From positions 1,674,001 through 1,738,000 of the forward strand of contig OX597814.1 in assembly GCA_951406725.2 (NCBI GenBank): DNA of 64,000 nucleotides, written 5' to 3'. How positions within the stretch are numbered: the stretch's first letter is position 1; each line of letters starts with the position of its first letter. This document shows positions 29,195 through 43,327 of this stretch, piece after piece. The notes beneath the pieces are model-generated. The model did not search any database. It was not told the DNA's origin and saw nothing but the letters and a program-made list of their open reading frames with translations. The position numbers were made by a program, and so were the translations under genes. Source of the stretch: Octopus vulgaris (lineage: Eukaryota).

Positions 29195-29620
29195 ATGGCG
29201 GCGTGCTGATAGACTCGTTAACACGGCGGGCTAATAGCTTAGCAGCATTTCGTTTTTACATTCTGAGTTCAAATTCCACCGAGGTCGACATTGCTTTTTA
29301 TTCTTTCGTTGTCGATGAAATAAGTACCAGTTGAACACTGGGGTCGATGTAATCAGCTTAATCCGCCACAAAAATTGCTAGCCTTGTGTTAAAATTTGAA
29401 GCCAATATTTTTATGCTTCTTATTTGTTACTTAAAGGCGATGAGCGGCAGAATCGTTAGCAAGCCGGATAAAATACTTAGCGGCATTTCTTCCGTCTCTT
29501 TTACATTCTGAGTACAAATAACGCTGTGGTCAACTCTTTTGGGGTCGATGACATAAAGTACCTGTCAAATGCTTGGGTCGATGTAACTGAATCGCTTCTT
29601 CCCTTCAAAATTACTGGCTT
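29195..29620 (+). mobile_element. Two diverged SINE B (B2-tail) copies
   Basis: Heads near 29195 and 29435; core GAGTTCAAATTCC..GGGGTCGATG. Confidence 0.7.
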
Positions 29621-30365
29621 TGATCCCTGCAAGAGACTGATGTCCAGTTAAGTGGGAACATTGTGATCTCAGTCATTTACACGCGATGGAAACCGGGTTC
29701 CCAGTATTATGAAACCCAGGATCCAAGAAAATAACGTACTTAAAATTTTATACTTACAGTTTTGTATTTGTTGCTTTGTATTTATTTTATACTTACTCTT
29801 TTACAAGTTCTGGGAATGACTATGAACTGCATTCGGTAACGGTGTCCCTTATTCGGGAGTTTCAGAGTTTGAGAAATGTGGATTCACCTTGGTTGTAAAC
29901 TTGGGTCCTTTCACTGCTGTGATGTGTGATTGCCGTTGTATGGTAGTTGCTGTTTTACACTAGTAGCCACAATACTTATTAGTCATCGAATACCGTTGTC
30001 TCTCTTCATACCGCAATAGCAATACACTAACTCCCCTAACTTACTATCGCTGATAGTTCCACAAGACACCGACCAGAACTGTCGACTCCCAACTCCTCTA
30101 CTCTCGACCCTACTGGTCTATTTATAATGGCTTGCCTCCTACCACTTTTCACTGGGAGGGGTATACAGTTTTACTATACCAGAACTTTTGAGTCCCTATT
30201 GTTGTTAGGTTTGCTCATACTCGAAGTAGTCGTCAGGGTCTCACTTATGGATTAGTTAGCGTGTCACGAAATTGTCCCCCTCCAAGAAGGTCATTTACAG
30301 ACAGCCTGACCGATTTGGGACAGAGAATACCCTACAGCATTTTAGCAGCGCATCTAAGAGACGGT

Positions 30366-30692
30366 CGGTCACGACTAAACCATGGGATTGCACCTAGAAA
30401 GTTACCCTCCTAGGCATAAGTCCGGGCATGGTTGTTTATGGAAGAGCAGCGGTCGCCCATGCATACCAGTCTCCCCTCTCCATACTACCAATGTTATCCA
30501 AGGGGAGGTAAAGGAGCTGATACAGCTTGGCACCAGTGACGTCGCAACTCATTTCTACAGCTGAGTGAAATGGAGCAACGTGAAATAAAGTGTCTTGCTC
30601 AAGAACACAACACGCAGCCCGGTCCGGGATTCGAACTCACAACCTCACTGTCGTAAGATCGGCGCTCTAACCACTGAGCCATGCGCCTTCAC
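30366..30692 (-). mobile_element. tRNA-derived SINE family D
   Basis: Revcomp TGGCTCAGTGGTTAGAGCG and GAGTTCGAATCCC; TSD AAGAGACGGT at 30356-30365 and 30693-30702; diverged relative at 12481-12604. Confidence 0.9.
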
Positions 30693-30973
30693 AAGAGACG
30701 GTAATTCCATACAAATGCTGCATCTTGATAATTACCCTGCTGCGTAATTGGATAATTTAGTGGGGCTTTAAATAAAATAGTAAGGCTACAAACCCTTACA
30801 GAAAATCAGGAGGGAGGGACCCTATGGCAGATATATACAGTTATACTTAACCAATATCTTCGGTGGCTGCGGCGAACGTATTGAATCGTCTTTCCTTTAC
30901 GGTATATCTACGAGAGGAGTTAAGTGGACTTGGGGGTTAGGCACTTGCTTTCGAAAACAGCCCGTCGAATACC

Positions 30974-31374
30974 TATTTCTTTACTACCCACAAGGGGCTA
31001 AACATAGAGTGGACAAACAAGGACAGACAAAGGGATGAAGTCGATTATATTGACCACAGTGCGTAACTGGTACTTAATTTATCGACCCCGAAAGGATGAA
31101 AGGCAAAGTCGACCTCGGCGGAATTTGAACTCAGAACGTAACGGCAGACAAAATACCTATTTCTTTATTACCCACAAGGGGCTAAACACAGAGGGAACAA
31201 ACAAGGACAGACATAGGTATTAAGTCGATTACATCGACCCCAGTTCGTAACTGGTACTTAATTTATCGACCCCGAAAGGATGAAAGGCAAAGTCGACCTC
31301 GGCGGAATTTGAACTCACAACGTAACGCAGACGAAATACCGGCGTGCTAACGTTTCTGCCAGCTCACTGCTTTT
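30974..31374 (-). mobile_element. SINE B dimer
   Basis: 16-bp perfect TSD CAGCCCGTCGAATACC at 30958-30973 and 31375-31390. Confidence 0.9.
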
Positions 31375-32063
31375 CAGCCCGTCGAATACCATCGAGCAGT
31401 GACGGAAAAGACCGAACATATTTTTTTTTTATATTTGTTTATTCGTATTTAATGTTTTCTGTTCATGAATTTATCTTTAATCTTTTACATGTTTCAATCA
31501 TTGAACTACGGACGTGCTGAGGCATCGCCTCGAACGGTTTCAATCGAATAAATCGACCTTTGTAATTATATATCAGGCTTGGTACTTAGTCTACCGGCCT
31601 TTTCTGCTGATCAACACCAGTTGTCCAACTCCAATTATCAAGCATTAGGGACAAAGACAGAAAGGCACGCATGCACAAGCACACAGACACATAACACACT
31701 CTGTGTCTCTGTCTCTGTCTGTCTTTCTCTCACAGACAATCAGAGAGGGAGGGAGAGAAAGAGAAAGAGAAACAGAGAGAGAGAGAGAGAGAGAGATAAT
31801 TGTACAGATATATAGGAAAACCGATGTATATTATTATATAAGAATAAATCGATGACTAAATTGATAGATCGATAGCTATATATATGCGTGTGTGTACGTA
31901 GTATGTATGTATGTATGTATGTATGTATGTATGTATGTATGTATGTATGTATGTATGTATGTATGTATGAATGTATGCATGTATAAATGTATGTATGTAT
32001 GTATGAATGTATATATGTATGTATGTATATATATATATAAGTATATATACATATATGTATATA

Positions 32064-32115
<52 letters not shown>

Positions 32116-32117
32116 TC

Positions 32118-32154
<37 letters not shown>

Positions 32155-32590
32155 TACATATATATATATATATCTACACACACAAACACACACACACATA
32201 TATATATATATATGTATATGTAGAGAGATAGTTTTGCTGACGGTTTGATATATCGATAGGTGGTTAAACAAATAAATAGATATATTGAGAGACAAAGCTA
32301 AATAGAGCTAAATAGAAAGCTGAAATGATTTTCTTGTTCATTAAACCAAGCCAAGCGTCTCACCGCTTTACAAAACATTACACTTTAATCGTGGGGTATT
32401 GTGAACATTTTGTATAAAGTTAATTGCTACAAGCGTTCGATTTGTTTTGCTGCTCGTACGAGCTTTTCTTGACATAAACGGATATTGAATGTCTAAAAGG
32501 AGAGGGAGACAAAGATGGTGGAAAGTAACGTATGAAAATCACAAAAAAAAAAAAAGAAAAGGAAAAGAGAAGAAAAGAAATAAAGAGAAG

Positions 32591-32772
32591 ATTTCGTCTG
32601 CAGTTACGTTCTGAGTTCAAATTCTGCCGAGGTCGACGTTGTCTTTTATCCTTTCGGGGTCGATTAAATAAATGCCAGCTATGCACTGAGGTCAATGTAA
32701 TCGACTTAACCCTTTGTCTGTCCTTGTTTGTCTCCCTCTGTGTTTAGCCTCCTGTGGGCAATAAAGAAATAA
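32591..32772 (+). mobile_element. Headless SINE B body
   Basis: Begins ATTTCGTCTG, ends AATAAAGAAATA. Confidence 0.85.
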
Positions 32773-33201
32773 ATATATAAATGAAAACATGTGTGTATGT
32801 GCGTGTGTGTTGGCAGAATTGTTGTGTGTGCGTTGGCAGAATTATTAGAGTCGGAAAATTACCTAACTATATTTGTTCCAACTCTTAATGCCCTGAATTC
32901 AAATCCCTCTGTGGACCATACCTTTGCCTTTCACTCTTTCAGGGTCGTTAAAATAAGGCACAAATCATATACTGATTGCTGGTGTAATCGACTAACCTCC
33001 TCCATTCGAGATTGCCGGCCTTGTGCCGATATTAGAAATAATTGATCATGGTTGTGTGGTTAGAAGTTTACTACCCAGCAACAGGACATCGAGTTCAATT
33101 CCACTGCGTGGCACCTTAGGCAAGTGTCTTCAACCATAGCCCCCATATTAACAAAACCTTGTGGGACGATTTGTCAGACGGAAACAGAAAGAACACTGTC
33201 G

Positions 33202-33233
<32 letters not shown>

Positions 33234-33360
33234 TGTATGTATGTATGTATGTATGTATGTATGTATGTATGTGTGTATGTATGTATGTAAATATATATGT
33301 GTATATATGTATATATGTATATATGTATATATGTATATATATATATATTTATATATGCAT

Positions 33361-33610
33361 AACATTACACCGGGACACGTCAAAAAAGAAACTGACCACA
33401 CAAAATTCAAGAAGTCTTTGGACAAATTCCTTCAAACAGTACCGGACAAACCACCCACACCCGGATATGTCTCCGCAAACAATAACTCTCTGCTCGAATG
33501 GGCCTCGGTGCCCAAATCCTGAATTGAAAGACTTCGCCAGGTGGTGCTATTAAGTTAGACATGGCTTGGGCCAATACTGGCCAAAACCTTTCTAAGTTAT
33601 TCTAAGTTAT
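33361..33610 (+). mobile_element. CR1-type LINE 3' end
   Basis: [28 protein letters not shown] stop, short UTR, (TCTAAGTTAT)2 tail; homologous to 42370-42840. Confidence 0.8.
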
Positions 33611-33631
33611 ATGTATGTAAATATATCTATA

Positions 33632-33676
<45 letters not shown>

Positions 33677-33869
33677 TACTAGTGAAGGCTATAAAGATAC
33701 TCTTTAGGGTGAGAAACCCATGGTAACCCTATAAGCAGGCCTTCACCAGTAATAAATATAGACTGCTCTACTTCTTCATCTGCGCTTCTCTGTTTTTATG
33801 GTTTATACATACATACATACATACATACATACATACATACATACATACATACATACATACATACATACA

Positions 33870-33902
<33 letters not shown>

Positions 33903-34447
33903 GCATACATGCATATATAAATATATATATATATATATAAATATGTATATATAGAAGTATATATTTATATATATATAACAAAGTGAAATTGTAAGGTACC
34001 GCACGAGTGGAAGTATATATGAAAGAAGGTTTGAAAATGCAATTTTAAAAGATGTTTATTCACTTGACCGGTTTCAGTTTTTTTAGAAAAAGATTGTCAA
34101 AAGTAAAACGTAAAAGCTTTGTAAAAGCTTTGTTGTGTTAAATACTGGTTGTCACAAAATATTACAATAAATATATACATTATTTGATAATAATAAGAAA
34201 ATGTTAAAAACAGTTTACAAGGAAAAATCTTGAGAAAATATCAAAAAGTTCATCAAAAATATTAGGATTTCATTAAAAATCATGTTTGTTTGGAATTATC
34301 TGTATATATACACCGAAAATTATAAGTTCAAAAAGGTCATATTTTGGTGGTATATATATACACAGAAGGGGATATATTTAGGAGTTTACAAAGAATTTGA
34401 GATGACCTGACTTGTTTCCCCATTTTATCGTTTTAACGATGTATATT

Positions 34448-34514
<67 letters not shown>

Positions 34515-34711
34515 CAATACATATAATCGTCAGACTTACAATTATTCCAACACATCTTCAGGTTCTATTTCAAAATATTATATATCTAATTTTACATCCC
34601 TTTAAAAATAAACAATACAATTAAGAATTAAAAATAAAAATTATAGTTTGTAATGTTAAGAATTAAAATTTATAAATCATACATTATAAATGTGGATTAA
34701 TATATATATCA

Positions 34712-34922
34712 CTCAGACGTAGATGCACACTGCATCGACAACAGATTGCATTCCCAGAATACAGAATGATACCTTTTAGTGAGCACGTTGAGAAATGCGC
34801 AAAGCAACTACTACCACAATTTTTAATCTTTCCATTTTACCAATGTGCTATCGGAATACCAACACAAATTAGACTAAACAAGGAAACATTCTTCATTGAA
34901 AAATACAAGCCCAAACTTAACC
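34712..34922 (+). pseudogene. PLE GIY-YIG C-terminal remnant
   Basis: LRRRCTLHRQQI..EY..SEH..C..FLIFPFY..RLNKETFFIEKYKPKLN. Confidence 0.75.
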
Positions 34923-35004
34923 ATCCCAACATACTTTTACAGAGAAATTCACTCCAAAAGAAAGGAAAAAAATTTTAAGCGATTATCTTCCTTACACCGG
35001 AAGA

Positions 35005-35340
35005 AATCACTTATTACCTCCCATAAGGGGCTAAACACAGAGGGGACAAACAAGGACAGACACAGGTATTAAGTCGATATATCGACCCCAGTGCGTAACT
35101 GGTACTTAATTTATCGATCCCGAAAGGATGAAAGGCAAAGTCGACCTCCGTGGAATTTGAACTCAAAACGTAAACACAGACGAAATACATATTTCTTTAC
35201 TACCCACAAGGGGCTAAACATAGAGTGGACAAACAAGGACAGACACAGGTATTAAGTCGATTAGATCGACCCCAGTGCGTAACTGGTACTTAATTTATCG
35301 ATCGGAAAGGATGAAAGGCGGTCGACCTCGGCGGAATTCT
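35005..35340 (-). mobile_element. SINE B dimer, 5'-truncated
   Basis: Two bodies joined at GACGAAATACATATTTCTTTA. Confidence 0.85.
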
Positions 35341-35504
35341 CAACATAAACATAACGACGTAAGAAATTTGAAAAGCTAACGCGAAACCGGTCATTTCTTT
35401 TAAACTATGTCATTGTAACAACATTCTTCAGACATATTGACTCAAATATATATTTTTTAACCTTTTAAAACAAGCCTTCTGTAGTTTTTTCACTTTTTAC
35501 TATT

Positions 35505-35556
<52 letters not shown>

Positions 35557-35883
35557 TGTAAAATCAAGTATATGTCAATTACAGAATATGAGATATAACA
35601 TTATTCATCAAAATAAAGATGTCTGTGTTCAAATGTAATATATAACAAGAAAAATTCAAATACATATTGGTCGCCCCTTTTTTTCCGTCTTCTACACGGT
35701 ATTTACCCGACTTTATAAGCTGTCATCACAGCCAAACCTGCGTTCGAGTATTCCTTTGTTTCTGTAGAATGTGCACATATTACTTTGTATATTTATAGAT
35801 AAATATATAAATATATGATAAATAAGACCTCAAGGTACGATATGTAGATGCATATAAAGCTGAAGAGTTACACCTGATTTCCC

Positions 35884-36049
35884 AGGCGCAGGAGTGGCTG
35901 TGTGGTAAGTAGCTTACTAACCACCCACATGGTTCCGGGTTCAGTCCCACTGCGTGGCATCTTGGGCAAGTGTCTTCTGCTATAGCCCCGGGCCGACCAA
36001 TGTCTTGTGAGTGGATTTGGTAGACGGAAACTGAAAGAAGCCTGTCGTA

Positions 36050-36111
<62 letters not shown>

Positions 36112-36302
36112 TGTGTTTGTGTGTGTTTGTGTGCTTGACAACCGATGCTGGTGTGTTTATGTCCCTGTCACTTAGCAGTTCGGCAAAAGAGACCGATAGA
36201 ATAAGTACTGGGCTTACAAAGAATAAGTCCCGGGGTCGATTTGCTCGATTAAAGGTGGTGCTCCAGCATGGCCGCAGTCAAATGATTGAAACAAGTAAAA
36301 GA

Positions 36303-36305
<3 letters not shown>
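35884..36305 (+). mobile_element. SINE A
   Basis: Near-identical to 379-799. Confidence 0.9.
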
Positions 36306-36356
<51 letters not shown>

Positions 36357-36567
36357 AATATAAATTAAAAACAGAACACAAAGGATATCGCGGTACACGT
36401 GTTTCAGGTTTATAAATCCAATTGAAATCCAATGAATCTTTATACATTTATACCTTTATACAATTATACAAATATACTTTTTCAAGGAGATATGATAAAC
36501 CTATTATAATGGGTAATACTACGTGTACTTTTTATATTGTGATGTAATCCTTGGACTAACAATGTTT

Positions 36568-36657
36568 GCGGCTGAAGAGAGCTTTAACCATTTTCTATAT
36601 CAATAATACACTGATGTAATAACGGATAGTTTATAAAGCTTGAAACACGTGTACCGT
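36568..36657 (+). ncRNA. Type I hammerhead ribozyme motif
   Basis: GCGG-CTGAAGA-GAGCTTTA..TAAAGCTT-GAAA-CACGT-GTA/CCGT; stem III is palindrome ACACGTGT. Confidence 0.8.
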
Positions 36658-36777
36658 GATATCCTTTGTGTTCTGTTTTTAATTTATATTTGATACATTC
36701 TCTTTCACCTCTGCCACTATCTGGCATATACAGGTGCTTACACTTATCAAGTATTCACTCTAAATTTATAGTACCTG

Positions 36778-36854
<77 letters not shown>

Positions 36855-36856
36855 AC

Positions 36857-36915
<59 letters not shown>

Positions 36916-37012
36916 AATAGATGAGTGTATTTTTACCTTGTTAATAATTAACACGGAAAAAATAAATAAATTTTTTTGCTAAAATGTCTTATTGACGAGT
37001 TTCGTTTTTTTC

Positions 37013-37098
37013 ACTTTCCTGAAGAGAAGATTGCATTGTTTATACCATTTATTCTTTTGAATAGTATCAGTGGAATTTTCGAAACGTGTGTCGAAAGT
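37013..37098 (+). ncRNA. Type I hammerhead ribozyme motif
   Basis: ACTTTC-CTGAAGA-GAAGATT..AATTTTC-GAAA-CGTGT-GTC/GAAAGT; 6-bp stem I, 7-bp stem II. Confidence 0.8.
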
Positions 37099-37140
37099 AA
37101 AAATATTTGATTTACACCTGCGTTAAACTCCGTTTATTTA

Positions 37141-37230
<90 letters not shown>

Positions 37231-37843
37231 CACATTCTACAGAAATAAGGGAATACTCGAACGCAGGTTTGGCTGTGGTGACAGCTTATACAATCGGGTA
37301 AATACCGTGTAGAAGACAGGTAAAAAAGGGGCGAGCAAGCCTCGTTCTCTCATTCTAAAACTTGTAAAAAGTGGTATCTGTTCTCAGGTGTCTCCTAGCT
37401 TAATGGTACGGAATACTCACCTTAATTTGAGAGGTGCAGGGTTTGCTTCTCTGGGAAGGTTTCCTGGTCACTTTTTCCCGCCTTTTGAATGATATTGACC
37501 CGATCTTCTAAGCTGCTTTCCTGTCTTCGATGAATTCCTATTTTTTTTCTAGACTACCGACACGCTCTGCGCTTATAATTTTGTTTACAATACATACATA
37601 CGTGTATACACGTCTCATAGTTTTTACAAGACAATGGTTGGCACTGATTTCGAAGTTTCGGCTTGCTCGCAGCCTTCATCAAATGTCATATATCAGAGGA
37701 AGTTTTCGAGTTATGAAAGTGCAGCAAAACTAACGACGGTGCCTCAGCATGGCCGCAACTCTCGAACTGAAACTAGTAAAAGAGTGTTTACATACAGACA
37801 CAGACACACAGACACACACATATGTGAATATGTATGTGCGTGT

Positions 37844-38241
37844 AAGGCGGCGAGCTGGTAGAATCGTTAGCACGCCGGGCGAAATGCGTAGCCGTATTTC
37901 GTCTGCCGTTACGTTCTCAGTTCAAATTCCGCCGAGGTCGACTTTGCCTTTCATCCTTTCGGGGTCGATAAATTAAGTACCAGTTACGCACTGGGGTCGA
38001 TCTAATCGACTTAATACCTGTGCCTGTCCTTGTTTGTCCCCTCTATGTTTAGCCCCTTATGGGCAGTAAAGAAATAGGTATTTCGTCTGTGTTTACGTTT
38101 TGAGTTCAAATTCTGCCGAGGTTGACTTTGCCTTTCATCGTTTCGGGATCGATAAATTAAGTACCAATTGCGTACTGGGATCGATCTAATCGACTGCCCG
38201 CCTTCCCTTAAAATTTCGGGCCTTGTGCCTAGAATAGAAAA
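37844..38241 (+). mobile_element. SINE B heterodimer (B1 body + B2-tail body)
   Basis: 18-bp TSD GAATATGTATGTGCGTGT at 37826-37843 and 38242-38259. Confidence 0.9.
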
Positions 38242-38799
38242 GAATATGTATGTGCGTGTGGAGGTAAAACTTTAGTTAAACATGGCTGAAAGAATTCATC
38301 CGTGAACACAAACTTCTAACTTGTTTTACTTAACAGAAACGTAAATGGCATTTCGAAAATACAAAAAAATAAAGAATTATAAAATAAATATTATATGATG
38401 TAAAAAAAAGAAATAATGAAAATATAGTTGATAGTCATCCTAAGTGTGGATAATTATTCTGTGTAATTAGTAGATGTAATTAGTGAAGATGGACAGGAGA
38501 GTTAAGTACTGGACCAGCAGTAACATTTAAAGGTGGATTGCTATCAACGGAAACTGAGGTTAATATCAGGAGTTGAGATAGAAACAGAGATACATAGAAA
38601 AATTACAGACACGCGCAGAAACTCGAATATCTATATGTGTGTGCGTTTATGCTTGTATATATATAACTATACATACATACATACATTTATATATATAGAT
38701 ATATATATGCATATATATATATATATATATATGTGCATATTTATATTTCTATACACACACACACACACATATATATATATGTATATATATATATATATG

Positions 38800-38850
<51 letters not shown>

Positions 38851-38869
38851 GCTTAGTAAAATAAATTAG

Positions 38870-38913
<44 letters not shown>

Positions 38914-39455
38914 GACGTATACAGAATAGTTTATAAGTCGACCTGAGCAGTTTGAGATAAGAGTATGGGTCATATGTTAGTGGTGGTATAGCATTGTAGT
39001 GGTGTGGTAGGAGGGCGGTGACGTGGTGACGGTGGTGGTGTAGTGTGTGTATGTGTGTGTGCGTGTGTCTGTGTGTGGGTGTAGTGGCAATGGAGGGGTC
39101 TGGTGGCGGTGCGTTTGCGAGATGGGAGAGTTTGTTTTGTCAATATCTGCCAATTATGCATTCAGTTCCAGCAGATAACAACAACCAAAGCATAAAATAA
39201 TAATAATTTCTCAAACGTCACCGATTTATCAAAAGAAACTTGGCAATACACAGGGGTCACACGCTCTCCTCACCTCCCTTCACTGATATGTACACAGACA
39301 CATACACATATACATGTCAATACACACACACACGCATACACTCATATTGTCACCGATACGCATATATATATATACATATATGTGTGTGTGTGTTTGTATA
39401 TGTGTACACACACATATATATATAAATATATATTCTATATATGTGTTTATGAGCT

Positions 39456-39492
<37 letters not shown>

Positions 39493-39540
39493 ATATGTAT
39501 ATATATATATACATACTGACATACATGCTTATATATATAG

Positions 39541-39930
39541 AGGCCTGGCTGTGTGGTAAGACACGTACTTTCCAACCATATGGTTCCAGGTTCAGTCCCA
39601 CTGCGTGGCACCATGGGCAAAAGTTTACTATAGCCTCAGGCCGACCAAAGCCTTGTGAGTGGATTTGGTAAACGGAAACTGAAAGAAGCACGTTGTATAT
39701 ATGTATATATTTATGTGCCTATGTGTCTTTGTGTCTATGTTTGTCCTCCCACCAATCGTTGGACAACCGATGTTGATCTTTTTACGTCCCTGCAACATAG
39801 CAGTTCGGAAAAAGAAACCGATAAATTAAGTAGCAGGCTTACAAAGAATAAATTCTGGGGTGGATTTGTTCGAATGAAGGCGGTGCTCCTGCATGGCCGC
39901 AGTCAAATGACTGAAACAAGTAAAAAATAA
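39541..39930 (+). mobile_element. SINE A
   Basis: Family match. Confidence 0.85.
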
Positions 39931-40297
39931 AAGCAAAGAAAGAATATATGTATGTGTGTGTGTGTGTGTGTGTGTGTTTGTGTGCGAGTGTGTCAGTGTG
40001 TGTGTGTGTGCACACAGACACAAAAGTCATTTGTTTTGTAATGACGAGATTTGGGATTCAGTTTCCATCCGTAGCATCTTGATCGAATGCCATTTCCTAT
40101 CATCTCGGGTCCACCCATATCTTGTGCGTGAAAAAATGTATTGATAGAAGCCCACGGAATAAATAGATCACCGACAGCGATCTATTTATCAGGGTGGAGA
40201 CAGTGTAGCTATATTTCCATACAGGTCTTTTTTCTGAAGGTTTTAGCGAATAACCTTTTTCTTTTCGCCCACAAATCAAACTCTTAATCTTTCTGAG

Positions 40298-40333
<36 letters not shown>

Positions 40334-40850
40334 GAGTGAGAGAGCAGTTCATGCCATCAAAGTGACACTGGGGTAAAATATACGAAGCCCAATATACCCA
40401 TCATGACTACCCGTCTGATAAAGGTACACCAGGCACATGCATCACAACCATATGTGCGCGACATGGTGATCTCATATCAAGATAAACAGCACATGACCTT
40501 GCAAGTGGGGCCCAGTTAGAATTTTCTTCAGGTTGAGTATCCCATCCCGCTCAAACGGTCCCTGAATAAGGGTTGTTTAAGGATGTTGAAAGAACCACCC
40601 ATGTTTCCAGAGGTGAACTATTCAAACCCCAAAGAATCCCTCTCAACACATGGCTATGATGCTCCCCCACTACTTCTGCTCGTGATCAGAGATGCACATA
40701 TCGTCAGCCACTAAGGGACATGCTCAACTGGTTAAGGTCAAACAACTGACAAGCAAATCTGTGGTATTGAGCAGAATATTTGCTGTAGCCCATCTTTTAT
40801 ACCAAGACAAAACAATGTACATGATAACACTTCCAATCAGTTAAGATCAG

Positions 40851-40855
<5 letters not shown>
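40298..40855 (-). mobile_element. Probable LINE 3' UTR fragment with (AAT)n tail
   Basis: Higher-GC complex block bounded by (ATT)n tracts; no ORF; family not identified. Confidence 0.4.
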
Positions 40856-40881
<26 letters not shown>

Positions 40882-41554
40882 GTTATTATTATTATTATTA
40901 TTTTTTATTTTTTTTATTATTATTATTATTATTATTGTTATTATTATTATTATTATTATTTTTTATTTTTTTTTATTTCATTGCATCGTCAGAAGTTTAA
41001 ATTTAATTTGTATCCTGATATATCGAACAATGTTCTGTGTTTTTTATTATTATTATTATTCCTGTTCAAACGGTACTGCATGAAATCTAAAGTATTTTCT
41101 GAAACTCCCTGTCTTACCTATGTACACATATTTTAGTAAACATTCCCTCTATCAATCATATACCATCACAGAAGTGAAATTTGTTTCATTGAATATAACT
41201 GCTTTCATTAAGCATTTTAAGGAGTGTTACGCCGATCCTGATGAGTCCGTAAATAATTATGCAAAATAGGATATTTACTAAAGAGTAGATGATCCAAAAC
41301 GTTGGTACCTCTTCTGTTTCTACCTTTGGTATATTAAACCACACTGTACACTTCTTTATTGATTTTTTCGCTTTATATTTCTACGCTTACAAGCAGACGA
41401 GTTTGCTTATCTAACTTCACTTAATGTTTACCTCAAAATTTACTCAAACTATTTGCGTCATTTTAACCGATTTAGATCCGCTTCTTCATGAATTGATCAT
41501 AACAGCTATACATACACATACACAGACATATACATGTGTGTGTGTATACATAAC

Positions 41555-41613
<59 letters not shown>

Positions 41614-41614
41614 T

Positions 41615-41830
41615 CTTTTACTTGTTTCAGTCATTTTGACTGCGGCCATGCTGGAACACCGCCTTTAGTCGAGCAAATCGACCCCGGGACTTATTCTTTG
41701 TAAGCCCAGTGCTTATTCTATCGGTCTCTTTTGCCGAACCGCTAGGTGACGGGAACGTAAACACACCAGCATCGGTTGTCAAGCAATGCTAGGGGGACAA
41801 ACACAGACACACAAACACACACACACACAC

Positions 41831-41874
<44 letters not shown>

Positions 41875-42045
41875 ATATATATACGACAGGCTTCTTTCAG
41901 TTTCCGTCTACTAAATCCACACACAAGGCTTTGGTCGGCCCGGGGCTATAGCAGAAGACACTTGCCCAAGATGCCACGCAGTGGACTGAACCCGGAACCA
42001 TGTGGTTGGTTAGCAAGCTACTTACCACACAGCCACTCCTGCGCC
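41615..42045 (-). mobile_element. SINE A
   Basis: Full revcomp family match. Confidence 0.9.
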
Positions 42046-42219
42046 TATATATATATATATAGTTCTGCTGGGTGCTTACCATGCGTTGACGAGAGGCAAT
42101 TACCTTGAAACTATAGTCAAAAGAACTTTCACCTAATTAAATTACTTAAATTATTTTGTCAGCATTTTCTTCATTTCCCTTTTTTATATATCACAACTCG
42201 TGTTCCACATCTCCTTTTT

Positions 42220-42267
<48 letters not shown>

Positions 42268-43106
42268 CATAAAAGACATGAATCTTTTGTAAATAGGTCG
42301 TTCATTATGGGTCTGTTAAAAGACATGAACGCGTTAAATAAAATAATTTTCATTCAAAATCCTTAAGATAACAACTGAAGCTTTATTCTCTGGAACGCCG
42401 CCATGAGTGATACATTACTTGCACCATGTGGAAAATATTCCGCTAATATTATCCAAATGGTATTGGTATTGTGTTTACAATTCACCCAAGACTAGGCCCC
42501 TGCGCAATGCGTCCTCTACAAAGGTCGAGATCACATCACGTAAGAACATTGCGACACAATTTTTACACTGCAAATGGTCCTGCACTTTTTAAAGTTATCC
42601 CGAAAGAAATTAAAGTAGAAAAAACACTACAACTTTCAAATGGTACCTGGACAAATTCTTCCAGGAAATACCGGATAAACCACCCACACCTGGGTACGTC
42701 TCAGCCAACAACAACTTTCTGCTTGAGTGGCCCATGGTGTCCCGAAATAATTAACTAAAAGACTTTTTCAGGTGGTACTATTGAGTCAGTTTTGGCCTGG
42801 GCCGATAATGGCCGAAACCAGTCTAAGTTATCCAAGTTATAAACCACTTTAAGCAATCTAGACAAGTCCAGTTTGAACATCTGTGAATGTGTCTGCGCTT
42901 ATTTTGTATCATAATATATATATAAATGTAAATAATTAGTTTCAAATTTTGGTATAAAGCCAGAAGATTTAAGTGGGGTGGGGTAAGTTGATTACACTCA
43001 ACCCAACGCTCAACTGGTACTTATTTTATCGATCCCAAAACGATGAGGAGCAAAATTTGAATACAGAGCCTAAATATAAATTTAACATTGAGATGTGCTT
43101 ATATAC

Positions 43107-43190
<84 letters not shown>

Positions 43191-43271
43191 ATACCAGTCT
43201 ATATCTGTCTCTCCATTTGTGTATATATATATCTGTCTGTCTGTCTGTCTGTATGTATGTATGTATGTATG

Positions 43272-43327
<56 letters not shown>

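Noticed and set aside
29880-30290. Possible LTR fragment (TATAAATAG and purine tract on minus strand)
   Set aside because: No partner LTR, primer-binding site, TG..CA ends or pol motifs visible
41234-41310. HHR-like CTGATGAGTC..AAAACGTT
   Set aside because: GAAA absent and stems I/II unconvincing; similar weak hits at 28255, 33690, 34062, 38286, 45084 and 59939 were not counted
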